Assembly (NCBI GenBank): GCA_965218425.1
Contig: OZ244621.1
Location: forward strand, 2,784,001-2,848,000
From: an uncultured Candidatus Binatia bacterium
Lineage (GTDB): Bacteria; Desulfobacterota; Binatia; UBA9968; CAXXLF01
Direction: 5' to 3'
DNA: 64,000 nt
Shown: in pieces, positions 9,588 to 18,747 of the stretch
Numbering within the stretch: the first letter of the stretch is position 1
Layout: each line of letters opens with the position of its first letter
Position numbers and translations under genes: made by a program
The notes under the pieces: model-generated
The model's database searches: none
Told to the model about the DNA's origin: nothing
The model's input: only the letters and a program-made list of their open reading frames with translations

Positions 9588-9672
9588 TGCCTTCGTGACG
9601 ATACAGGAGGCATGAAAAGCAGATACCTTTCATTTAAAGATTTGCAGTTCAACAAGACGAAGGGGGGAGATC

Positions 9673-10059
9673 ATGAAAGAAGTTATTCAGCCAGAAGGTT
9701 TGTCAGATCCCAGACCGCGCTATTCGCAGGGAATCGTCACGCAGCCAGGCAAATTGCTTTTTATCGCGGGACAAACGGCCAGCGACAAAAACGGGAACGT
9801 CGTCGGCAAGGGCGATATCGAGGCCCAGGCGAAGCGGGTCTTCGAAAATATTGAGGCCGTGCTCAAGGAGGTCGGCGCATCCCCGGAGAACCTGGTGATG
9901 ACGACGACGTACATCACGGACATAAAATATCGCGAGGGTTACGGCCGGGTTCGCAGTCAATACTATAAGGGAACTCCGCCCACGAGTACCCTGGTAGTCG
10001 TAAAAGGCCTGGCAAACCCAGACTACCTGATCGAGATCGCCTGCGTCGCGGCCCTCTAG
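9673..10059 (+). CDS. RidA/YjgF/UK114 family protein
   Basis: YSQG, LFIAGQ, PTSTLVVVKGLANPDYLIEI; GGAG RBS. Confidence 0.9.
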   Translation: MKEVIQPEGLSDPRPRYSQGIVTQPGKLLFIAGQTASDKNGNVVGKGDIEAQAKRVFENIEAVLKEVGASPENLVMTTTYITDIKYREGYGRVRSQYYKGTPPTSTLVVVKGLANPDYLIEIACVAAL

Positions 10060-10218
10060 CCCGGAGTATTCGCGACACCGATTGGGTTATGGACGGGCGC
10101 AACAGGGAGGAGACCGTAAAACTCCTTCTGCCCGAGAACAAGGGCTCCAAAGATAGGACCGAAGAGATGTACGAAGGGCAGATCAGTTCCAGGTTCGGCT
10201 TCACGCCGCCTCGTATGC

Positions 10219-10893
10219 TTAGCCTAAGTGCTGTGCGAGAAATTCAAGGGTGCGTTCGCGGGCGAGTTTTACTGTGGCGGGGTCGTATTTGGGGCGGGCT
10301 TCGTTGTCAAAGCCATGGGACGCCTTTGGATAAGTGAATATCGGCGTGCCGGCCTGGGCCTTCTTGATGGCTGCGAGTTTTTCCGGCGAAATGATAGGGT
10401 CCTCTTCCCCGATGTGCATTATCACGGGATGACGAGCATGCTCGTTGGGAAAGTGCTCAATTTCGGCGCCGTAATAGGCTACTGCACAGTCAATTTCACC
10501 GCGGCATGCAAGGAGCCAGGCTAATGTGCCACCCCAACAAAACCCGATGGCTCCAAACTTTTGGGCTCCGGCTGTACGAATCGTTGCCAGTGACGACTCT
10601 ACATCGTCAAGCGCTTGGTCCCAGCCGACTTTAGAGGAAATCTGTATGCCTCGCTGGACGCCTTGTGGTGAATATTTTATATCCAGATCACGCTCTGTTC
10701 GGTCAAAGAGCGCCGGTGCGATGGTGAGATACCCGGCCTTGGCATAAAAGTCGCAAACGTTTTCTATATACTGGTTGACACCGAAGATTTCCTGACAGAC
10801 GACTATTCCGCCCTTCGGTTTGCCGTCAGGCTCCGCCAAATAAGCGCCAAATCGAAATCCATCCTTACCTGTAATAGTTGTCCTTTTGCCCAT
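10219..10893 (-). CDS. Dienelactone hydrolase family protein
   Basis: QEIFGVN, GFCWGG nucleophile elbow, HGF. Confidence 0.92.
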   Translation of the reverse strand: MGKRTTITGKDGFRFGAYLAEPDGKPKGGIVVCQEIFGVNQYIENVCDFYAKAGYLTIAPALFDRTERDLDIKYSPQGVQRGIQISSKVGWDQALDDVESSLATIRTAGAQKFGAIGFCWGGTLAWLLACRGEIDCAVAYYGAEIEHFPNEHARHPVIMHIGEEDPIISPEKLAAIKKAQAGTPIFTYPKASHGFDNEARPKYDPATVKLARERTLEFLAQHLG

Positions 10894-11054
10894 GATGATT
10901 TACCCGTTACCGGCAGATGCTACAGATATTCGGAATGAATGTATAATACAAGGCGAAGGCGCATGGTGCAAGAAAGGTGTGTGGGGGAGTTGGACCTGGG
11001 AAGGTTGCCGATGCCGGCGAATTCGTTTTCGGTTCTTTAAGTTCTTTTCGAGTC

Positions 11055-11309
11055 TTATCCCCCCGGCGTCCTCTCAAGATTATGGATATGCAAGAGTATC
11101 TTTTTCGCGTACGTAAGGAGACGGTTCCCCGCCGGGGTAAGCTCGATCCCCCGCCCATTAACCGTATAGAGCTGTATTCCGTAATCTTTCTCTAAAAGCT
11201 TAATCTGTCGGGTTACAGAAGGCCGCCTGATACGGAACTCCGCCGCCGCTTTTGTCATGCTCCGGCGTTTCGCGACGGTGGTCCAGATCTTGAGCTGATA
11301 TAGGGTCAT
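11055..11309 (-). CDS. Stand-alone LysR-type HTH protein (no effector domain)
   Basis: MTLYQLK...SMTKAAAEF..RPSVTRQIKLLEKDYG...LTPAG, 84 aa. Confidence 0.75.
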   Translation of the reverse strand: MTLYQLKIWTTVAKRRSMTKAAAEFRIRRPSVTRQIKLLEKDYGIQLYTVNGRGIELTPAGNRLLTYAKKILLHIHNLERTPGG

Positions 11310-11482
11310 TGACTGCTCTATCCTCTCTGTGTCAAAAGTAATCCACCCGAGACTACCGACAAGGTAGGTACCCTGGGAACTCATAAAATTACTAGTTTTT
11401 GGCTAGAAGGTTACCGGTTTTTTACGGCCTTGGTGGGACAAAATATGCGATTTTTCTTGGTTTTATAGGAGGAGGAGGCATC

Positions 11483-12916
11483 ATGGCAATAAGACGAGGA
11501 GAGGAGTTTCTCGCCGGCCTCAGGGATGGCCGCCAGGTTTGGTTGCGTGGTGAAAAGGTAAACGATGTCACGACTCATCCTGCCCTGTCGGGGTTCGCGA
11601 AGTCGATAGCGGAGATTTACGATCTCCAGCACGACCCTGCCCATCAGAACCAATTGACAATGAAGTCGCCCACTACGGGAGATGTTGTAAGCCTGGGTTA
11701 CCTCCTGCCCCATTGCACCGAGGACCTTATCCGAGTGCGCCACATGACCGAGTTCTTGCAACGCAGGTGTGGAGGTGTCGCCGCCAGACTTCCCCATTAT
11801 ATGGCCACGATGCTAGTCGCGTTGTACGATATGCGGGAAATCCTGGGCCAGGAGGATACGGCTTTCGCGATTAATATATCTCGATACTTTGAGTATTGCC
11901 GTGAAAATGACCTGTGCTTAACCGTTGCCTTCGGCGATCCCCAGAGACCGCAAAACCGACCTTCAACTGACTTTGAGTTCCTAAAGTTGGTGGAGCGTCG
12001 GCCGGATGGAATTGTCATTAATGGTTGCAAGCCTGTGGCGACTCTTGCGCCTTACGCCGATGAGTTCTTGGGACTGGTTGCGCGCCCGGGCCATGGAGTT
12101 GAAGAGGTTATTTACTTTGCCGTTCCATTGAACACCAAAGGTGTAAAAGTCGTTTGCCGTCAACCCTTGGCGCCCGAAGATCCCCAAAACCATCCCCTGA
12201 GCGCGTTCTGGGACGAAATGGATGCTTCCCTGCTGTTCGACAATGTTTTCGTACCCAACGATCGGGTTTTTTATTACCAGCGAGTTACTCCTGAAAATAC
12301 CCCTTTTTTGGTCCAGATCTTTCTATGGACCCTCACATGGACTTTCTACCATACTCAAATTCGTAAGGTGGTTAAGTTAGAGGTGTTCGCGGGGATCTGC
12401 AAGGCCATGGCCGAATATCTGGGTACGGCGGGGCAGCCCCAGATTCAATCCTTGCTCTCCGATATAATAGTCGATATTGAAACCCTCCGGGCTCTGGTGC
12501 AAGCCGCGGAGACCAATCCTACTCCATCTAGGTCTGGATTGGCTGAGCCTAATCTCACTCAGTTGCTGGTGGCCCATAGTTTTTCAGTGGATCGCCATCC
12601 TCGGGTACTGCAGACCTTACGCGAGGTGTGTGGTTCTGGGCCCCTGATGGCCCCAGGTCAGCATGAAATGGCTAACCCGGAACTCAGTCCTGAAATTTAC
12701 CGCTATTTTGTGGGAAAGGACGAGAGAGCACCTGATCGTTTCCGCATGCTTCGTCTCGCCTGGGAGTACGCCTGCGAATCCTTTGGGTCTCGCCAACTGC
12801 TATTTGAAATGTACAACTCCGGAGCTCCGGCTCAGATCAAAATGAGACTATTACAATCTTATGATCTGAGTCCCTATGTTCGCCTGGCGAAGGAGCTGGC
12901 GGGCATATCGAAGTGA
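11483..12916 (+). CDS. HpaB-family (group D) flavin monooxygenase, oxygenase component
   Basis: EEFLAGLRDGRQVWLRGEKVNDVTTHP, HPLSAFWDEMD, FGSRQLLFE; GGAGG RBS. Confidence 0.9.
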   Translation: MAIRRGEEFLAGLRDGRQVWLRGEKVNDVTTHPALSGFAKSIAEIYDLQHDPAHQNQLTMKSPTTGDVVSLGYLLPHCTEDLIRVRHMTEFLQRRCGGVAARLPHYMATMLVALYDMREILGQEDTAFAINISRYFEYCRENDLCLTVAFGDPQRPQNRPSTDFEFLKLVERRPDGIVINGCKPVATLAPYADEFLGLVARPGHGVEEVIYFAVPLNTKGVKVVCRQPLAPEDPQNHPLSAFWDEMDASLLFDNVFVPNDRVFYYQRVTPENTPFLVQIFLWTLTWTFYHTQIRKVVKLEVFAGICKAMAEYLGTAGQPQIQSLLSDIIVDIETLRALVQAAETNPTPSRSGLAEPNLTQLLVAHSFSVDRHPRVLQTLREVCGSGPLMAPGQHEMANPELSPEIYRYFVGKDERAPDRFRMLRLAWEYACESFGSRQLLFEMYNSGAPAQIKMRLLQSYDLSPYVRLAKELAGISK

Positions 12917-12967
12917 GTATGTCTCCATTTTGAGGCCCTCAGCAAAATCTAATAACACCATAGAAGA

Positions 12968-12989
12968 TCCCCGGACGTAAGTCCGGGGA
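12968..12989. terminator. GC-rich hairpin after the monooxygenase gene
   Basis: TCCCCGGAC-GTAA-GTCCGGGGA perfect 9-bp stem. Confidence 0.55.
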
Positions 12990-13001
12990 AATTTACTTAC
13001 G

Positions 13002-13200
13002 AATGTTCGCAAACTTAAGGAAGGTGCTGATATCAATCCTGCGGTGGGTCAGGTGGGAGTGTTCAACCGGGCTCCTCACCCCAATGCGGCGAAGGTTATA
13101 TCAACCGTCTCCTCTCTTAAAGAGGGCCAGACCGAGTTTGTCCGGGCCACGGGTTACATTAGCGCTCGCCTGGATGTGCCGACGGATCACGCTCCCAATA
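13002..13200 (+). pseudogene. C-terminal relic of an ABC solute-binding protein
   Basis: NVRKLKEGADINPAVGQVGVFNRAPHPNAAKV...EGQTEFVRATGYISARLDVPTDHA aligns with the SBP at 42336-43421; frameshifted. Confidence 0.8.
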
Positions 13201-13253
13201 GTGATTCCTGCAGGCACTTGTCTTATGAACTAATTCTCCAGGCCGCATATTCC

Positions 13254-13282
13254 TTGCAAAACTTCCCAATTTTTCATATATG
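13254..13282 (+). promoter_or_regulatory. Putative sigma-70 promoter (cupin-amidohydrolase)
   Basis: TTGCAA-17-TATATG. Confidence 0.5.
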
Positions 13283-13348
13283 CGGAGAGTAGTCACTTAA
13301 CGAGTGTCCTGGGGGCATTGATGCATTTAATTCAATAGGAGGTAGACT

Positions 13349-14416
13349 ATGGCCGCTAAGGTTGACAGTGGGACGGGTCAGACGAACGATGAGCGTTTGG
13401 AAGATTTCCATAGGCGGCTGGCTGAGAGCTCGCTGGCAGGGCACTGGCAGTCCCGGGACCAGGTGCCAAAGCTGAAGCCGTGGGTGTGGCGATGGAAGGA
13501 TATTTATGCGGCTCTTATCGAATCGGGGGAGTTGGTGCCCATAGGAGGGGCAGGGGAGGCTAACAACCGGCGAACGGTGCAGCTGATCAACCCCGCGCTG
13601 ACCGGCGTGAAATCCACCAGCCGGACTCTACACGTATCCATCCAGCTGGTGAAGCCCGGGGAGACCGCGGAGGCCCATCGCCATGCGTTTAATGCCATGC
13701 GCTTCGTGGTGCAGTCCAAGGGAATGTACACCACAGCCGCGGGTGAACAGCAGATCATGGAGCCGGGAGACCTGCTGATACAGCCAGGCTGGGCCTGGCA
13801 CGACCATACCAATCCTACAGATGAACCAGCCATATGGCTCGACCTGCTCGACCATCCGCTGACCCGTTATTTGGACTCCATGGCTGGCGATGTGTACGCA
13901 AACGGCGCCTCCCAGCCCATAACCAAACCTGACGGCTATTGTCGCGAGCAATACGGGACCCTACGCCCTCGCCGGGCAGATGGCGATGCCAAATGGGTGG
14001 CTTACTCCTATAAATGGGATGAAACCCTGAAGACGCTAGAAAAGTTAGCGGCAGTTGAGGGGGGAGGGGACCCCTATGACGGAGTTCTGTTGGAGTACAC
14101 CAATCCCCTGACAGGGGAAAGTACGTTGCCCACCATTGGTGCATGGATTCAGATGCTGCGTCCGGGAGAGGCCACGAAGTCCCACCGTCATACCGCGTGC
14201 TCGCTCTATCACACGATTCAGGGCGAGGGAACTACCACCGTGGGGCAAGGGGAGAAGGAAGACTTGCAGTGGGGGAAGAGGGATTGTTATTTTGTGCCCC
14301 CATGGCAGTGGCATCAGCATCGCAACCTCAGCAAAACGGAACCGGCGATTCTGTTCTCCCTGACCGATCGCCCAACGGTGGAACAGTTAGGATTTTACAG
14401 GGAGGAAAGGGGTTAG
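13349..14416 (+). CDS. Gentisate 1,2-dioxygenase-like bicupin ring-cleavage dioxygenase
   Basis: NRRTVQLINP, AHRH...WHDH, SHRHT...WHQH, DRPTVEQLG. Confidence 0.88.
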   Translation: MAAKVDSGTGQTNDERLEDFHRRLAESSLAGHWQSRDQVPKLKPWVWRWKDIYAALIESGELVPIGGAGEANNRRTVQLINPALTGVKSTSRTLHVSIQLVKPGETAEAHRHAFNAMRFVVQSKGMYTTAAGEQQIMEPGDLLIQPGWAWHDHTNPTDEPAIWLDLLDHPLTRYLDSMAGDVYANGASQPITKPDGYCREQYGTLRPRRADGDAKWVAYSYKWDETLKTLEKLAAVEGGGDPYDGVLLEYTNPLTGESTLPTIGAWIQMLRPGEATKSHRHTACSLYHTIQGEGTTTVGQGEKEDLQWGKRDCYFVPPWQWHQHRNLSKTEPAILFSLTDRPTVEQLGFYREERG

Positions 14417-14480
14417 GACACGGACGATCAGTCGGAGAATGATCGGGTCATTGTAGTGTTGTAACCGGTGAGGAATCTGT

Positions 14481-15647
14481 ATGGCTGGAACTTACAACTT
14501 GATCTCGGCGGATGCGCACATAGAAGTGCCCTGTGAGCACTGGACGGCACACGTAGATAAGAAATACCGGGACATAGCGCCGCGACACGTGCGCTTGGCT
14601 AACGGTGGCGATGGTTTCCTGGTGGAAGGTAGTCCCATCTATACCGGGGGCATGAATCTTTATGCGGGACTTACCCCTGAGAAGTTTAACCCCATTGGGC
14701 TGAAGTGGAATGAAATGCCCGGCACGGGATCGGCGCAGCAGCGACTACGGGAGCAGGACCAGGACGGAGTGGATGCCGAGGTGCTCTACGCTGGCGTGGG
14801 CGGGGTTCGTGGACTCACTAGAGGGATCCGTGATACCAACGCCTATAATGCCATGGTGCGAGGGTACAACGGTTGGTTGGGGGAAGAGTACTGTGCGGTG
14901 GATCGGGACCGGCTCATTGGTGTTGGCTGCATACCCGAGCGGGGTTTGGAAGATGCCATTGAGGAGTTGGAGTACTGTGCAAGGATTGGATTAAAGACAG
15001 TGGAATTAGCGGCATTCCCCAGTGCAAAGGCCTATCCCACCCCGGAGGATGATAAGTTTTGGGCCGCGGCGATGGATATGAAGATGCCGGTGACGGTGCA
15101 TGTGGCCTTTATGAAAAGGTTAGGGCGGGGCGAGTCAGCCATAAAGTACCCCAAGGTACCGGAAGAACACCAACGGCCGGCGGACTATGTGACCCGTCTG
15201 GCCCGGTATGGTATCCGCGGTGCCCTGAACGCCGTCCAGATGGTCATGTCGGGGCTCTTTGATCGTTTTCCAAGCTTGAGAATCTACTGGGCCGAGAATC
15301 AACTGGGTTGGATTCCTATTTACCTGGAGCAAATGGACCACAACTACCTGCGCCACCGTCACTGGGTGGAAAGTATCCTGGGATTGAAACCTCTGAAGCG
15401 ACTCCCCAGCGAGTATATCCGGGAACACATGTACTGGGGTTTTTTTAATGACCCCATCGGGGTCCGTTTGCGCCACGAGGTGGGGGTAGATCGAATCCTG
15501 TGGGGTGCCGACTTTCCCCATGTGGAATCCGAGTGGCCAAATTCCCGAAAGGTTCTAGCAGAACGGTTCGCAGGTGTCCCGGAAGAAGAGCAGCACAAGA
15601 TGGTGGTAAGCAACGCCGTGGAGTTCTTCCGGCTCAACGGCGCTTAG
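14481..15647 (+). CDS. Amidohydrolase_2 family protein (decarboxylase/hydratase-like)
   Basis: ISADAH, QDQDGVDAEVLY, VTVH, WGADFPH. Confidence 0.9.
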   Translation: MAGTYNLISADAHIEVPCEHWTAHVDKKYRDIAPRHVRLANGGDGFLVEGSPIYTGGMNLYAGLTPEKFNPIGLKWNEMPGTGSAQQRLREQDQDGVDAEVLYAGVGGVRGLTRGIRDTNAYNAMVRGYNGWLGEEYCAVDRDRLIGVGCIPERGLEDAIEELEYCARIGLKTVELAAFPSAKAYPTPEDDKFWAAAMDMKMPVTVHVAFMKRLGRGESAIKYPKVPEEHQRPADYVTRLARYGIRGALNAVQMVMSGLFDRFPSLRIYWAENQLGWIPIYLEQMDHNYLRHRHWVESILGLKPLKRLPSEYIREHMYWGFFNDPIGVRLRHEVGVDRILWGADFPHVESEWPNSRKVLAERFAGVPEEEQHKMVVSNAVEFFRLNGA

Positions 15648-15669
15648 CCATACACCTGAGACACGCGGC

Positions 15670-15852
15670 CTAGTACGGATTGAACTTACCCTGAGCTCCC
15701 CCTCGGGTCGCATCGCCGGCTGCGACGCCGACTTTAAACTCATTCCCGCAATAGGGGCAATGACAGAATGCTTCCGGCAGGCGGAAGAACTCTTCTCCAA
15801 CCATGAATTTCTTTTCGCATTTAGGACAGGGTACGTATTCAAAATCTGCCAT
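15670..15852 (-). CDS. Small zinc-ribbon protein
   Basis: CPKC...CHCPYC in 60 aa; AAGGAG RBS. Confidence 0.75.
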   Translation of the reverse strand: MADFEYVPCPKCEKKFMVGEEFFRLPEAFCHCPYCGNEFKVGVAAGDATRGGAQGKFNPY

Positions 15853-15885
15853 GACTTACTCCTTATCTCGTTGCAAAGTGATGGT

Positions 15886-17022
15886 TTAGACTGTGGCTGG
15901 GGCGTACATAGGCCACAAGGGGTCGTTGTCGCCTCGCTTTGCAATGTGATCCAAAGCCTCGTTGATTGCCTCTACGGGAAAGAAGCGGGTGGTTACATAC
16001 TTTGTGTCGATAAACCCACGCCTGGCCAGTTCAAAAACCTCCGGAAAATCAGTGTAATGTCGACCGGTAACGCTGGTAAATTCGATAGAACGAATCATGA
16101 GATAACGGATCGGAAGATTCAGAGTCTCTGGATTGGCGCCAATCAGTGCCACCCTCCCGCCGGGCTCTAAGCCTTTGATGCACTCGACGGTGGTTTCGGC
16201 TCCACCGGGAGTCAGATCGGCGAGCACGCTCCCACCCTGACCATAAGTTAGCTCTTGAATTTTTTGAGTAATAGATTCCCCCCGGCCAATGGTCGAAATT
16301 CTCAGCGGATCGATGGTACGAATTTGCTCCAAGCGAACAGGGTTGCGTGCCACTGCAATTACGTGAGCAGCGCCCATGGCCAGAGCGCTCATGACGGTGC
16401 CGATGCCTGTGATGCCGGTGGCCCCATTGACGATCACCGTCTCACCGGAATGCAGCCGGGCTCGTTTCAAGGCCCGGTATCCCACCGTCATTTGAGAGAC
16501 TTTACATCTCTGGTCGATGTCGTCATCGGGCCGGATTCTGACCAGGTTGGTTGCAGGCACCCGGCAGTATTCCGCCCAGAGACCATCCTTGTAGCGAAGG
16601 AGTTGGTCCAATCCGCCCTCCCGCCACCTGGCTACGAAGCCCATGACGCGATGCATGACGCACAGGTGCTGGCGATCCGACCGACAGTATTTGCAAAAGC
16701 CACAGGTGATGGAACACATCACCACCGCCCGGTCCCCTTGCTTAACGTTGATCACGTTGGGTCCCACTTCTACCACCTCGCCCAGACCATCGTGCCCGAC
16801 GGTCATGGGCAGAACAGGGACAGTGGTGCTTTGCGGTTCGTACTGTAGGGCGTCCTCTCGAATATGGAGGTCGCCATGATTAAGCCCCGCGCGCAGGACT
16901 CGAATGAGGACTTCGCCGGGTCCGATATCGGGGATAGGGACCTCATCGACTCGAACCAGGTCTTTCGAGCCATGGGTCTTTTCAAACCCATGTAAACGTG
17001 CGGCCTTCATTGTGCCTTGCAT
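15886..17022 (-). CDS. MDR / Zn-alcohol dehydrogenase-like protein (atypical catalytic site)
   Basis: GroES-like domain, CGFCKYC..C structural Zn, GATGITG Rossmann motif; GLNHGD / GHD replace CHSD / GHE. Confidence 0.88.
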   Translation of the reverse strand: MQGTMKAARLHGFEKTHGSKDLVRVDEVPIPDIGPGEVLIRVLRAGLNHGDLHIREDALQYEPQSTTVPVLPMTVGHDGLGEVVEVGPNVINVKQGDRAVVMCSITCGFCKYCRSDRQHLCVMHRVMGFVARWREGGLDQLLRYKDGLWAEYCRVPATNLVRIRPDDDIDQRCKVSQMTVGYRALKRARLHSGETVIVNGATGITGIGTVMSALAMGAAHVIAVARNPVRLEQIRTIDPLRISTIGRGESITQKIQELTYGQGGSVLADLTPGGAETTVECIKGLEPGGRVALIGANPETLNLPIRYLMIRSIEFTSVTGRHYTDFPEVFELARRGFIDTKYVTTRFFPVEAINEALDHIAKRGDNDPLWPMYAPATV

Positions 17023-17034
17023 GACACTTTTCCC

Positions 17035-18498
17035 TTATCCCCACGGCTCGAAGGGAATCTTATCCCATCGCGCAGGGTTGATCACTTCTCCAGGATCGAA
17101 GCGCTTGAGTACATCCTCAGGGATGGAGAGGCGCTCGGCGAAAGGCTTCCCCAGAGGCTTGGTACAGTCGAAACCGGCCTTACAGGCCACGTGACCGTCA
17201 GGGGAACTGGGATCCAATGGGGAACCGGTCATCCCGGGAAGGGAAATCAATCCGCGATCGGCCTGGAAACGCGTGGCCAAGGCCAGGAAAACTTCCCGCT
17301 CATCGAAGATATCCACGTCTTCATCAAAAACGAATGCATGCTTCAATCCGAAAAACGCGGTCAATGCGGCTGTGGCTGCCACCTTGCCCTGTCCTTCCAC
17401 GGTTTTACGAATCTGGATGTAAATGTGATTGACGCCGGTACCCGACATGGGGGCGTGCACGGCCTTGACTCCCGGTACTACCTTTTGAATGGCGCGGTAG
17501 GCAACGCCTTCCTTTGTTAGGCTGCTGATCCAGTGCGTGTGTCCCACCATGTTGTCATCCCAATAGGCGTTGCGCCGGCGGGTCACAGCGGTAACTTTCA
17601 TATAAGGACACCACCGTTGGGGTCCCACGTGGCGCGTGTATTCACCGAAAGGACCCTCTGGTTTGCGTTGGCCCTTGGGAACAATACCCTCGATGACCAC
17701 CTCGGCGTCTGCAGGAACCAGAAACTTATCTCCAAGGGTCTCGGAAGGAACCAGTCTCAGTGGGGCCCCAAAGGTTCCACCCGATGTTTCATAATGGCTT
17801 TCGTCCGGACCCACGTGGTTTTCCGCACCCAGGAGTATCAGAGGATGGTGGCCCACCCAAAAGGCCACGGGCATGTCTTCTCCCGCCTCTTCGTACTCGC
17901 GAAGATTGTGCCTGTTGTGGGTGCTGGGTCCCATCCAGATTCGGATCTCGTCTTTTCCTGCCAGCCAGCCCCGTTGCATGGCGGAGTTGTCAAGACCGCT
18001 CTTGCGATTGAAAGTAAGGACAAAGCCTTCGGTGATGTACCGGCCAGGGTCCATGCGGTGGTGCAGGGGTGCGGGCAGGCGGCGCACATCAATGTCATTG
18101 CCCTTTTCCACCACCTCTTTCACCGGTGCCTCCTTGGGGGAAACGGTGACGGGTTTCTGCCTTGCCTGCACTCGCTCGTAGCATGACAATCCTGCATTAG
18201 GGACATCGACTCCCATGGCTCGGGCCAGGCGCAAGCGGCTGGCCATCAAAAAAGTGACCAGGGGAATCTCGCACTTCTGACCATTGGCGGTGACGTTATG
18301 ACAGATGAGAATGGGAAAGCGGTGGTCTTTTTCCAACTGCATGGCAAGGGCGGTCACTTCCCACTCGGCCTTCAAGGGCTTTTCGATATGTAACACCTCA
18401 TCCGGGAATTCTTTTTCGTACTGTTCAATAAAAGAGTGCATATCCGTGCCGAACAATGCAGTTGTGGATTGCGTGGCAGTCTTTTTGGGCGTCGCCAT
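17035..18498 (-). CDS. UbiD-family (prFMN) decarboxylase, paralog 1
   Basis: DPGRYIT, NSAMQR, EGPFGEY, VFDEDVDIFD, LATRFQ; GGAGG RBS before MATPKK. Confidence 0.92.
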   Translation of the reverse strand: MATPKKTATQSTTALFGTDMHSFIEQYEKEFPDEVLHIEKPLKAEWEVTALAMQLEKDHRFPILICHNVTANGQKCEIPLVTFLMASRLRLARAMGVDVPNAGLSCYERVQARQKPVTVSPKEAPVKEVVEKGNDIDVRRLPAPLHHRMDPGRYITEGFVLTFNRKSGLDNSAMQRGWLAGKDEIRIWMGPSTHNRHNLREYEEAGEDMPVAFWVGHHPLILLGAENHVGPDESHYETSGGTFGAPLRLVPSETLGDKFLVPADAEVVIEGIVPKGQRKPEGPFGEYTRHVGPQRWCPYMKVTAVTRRRNAYWDDNMVGHTHWISSLTKEGVAYRAIQKVVPGVKAVHAPMSGTGVNHIYIQIRKTVEGQGKVAATAALTAFFGLKHAFVFDEDVDIFDEREVFLALATRFQADRGLISLPGMTGSPLDPSSPDGHVACKAGFDCTKPLGKPFAERLSIPEDVLKRFDPGEVINPARWDKIPFEPWG

Positions 18499-18543
18499 TA
18501 TGATTCCTCCCTGTAATTTATCCAACTATTCGCTATCGTAAAG

Positions 18544-18719
18544 TCAATGCGCAGCATTCGTGGACCAGACGGAGTAATGATCCCCACGGATCCTCATGTG
18601 TTCCAGCGCTTCGTTGATATTCTCCAGCGCAAAAAACGATTTGTCACGAGCTTGGTCTTGGTATCTATCACCCTTGGCCGTACCAGTTCAAGGAACTCGC
18701 GGAAGTTTGCGTAATAATG
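18544..18719 (-). pseudogene. C-terminal relic of the MDR dehydrogenase
   Basis: HYYANFREFLELVRPRVIDT..VTNRF/(frameshift)ALENINEALEHMRIRGD..VW aligns with the C-terminus of 15886-17022. Confidence 0.8.
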
Positions 18720-18747
18720 GGCTTCACGGCACCTCGGATGGTTCCAT

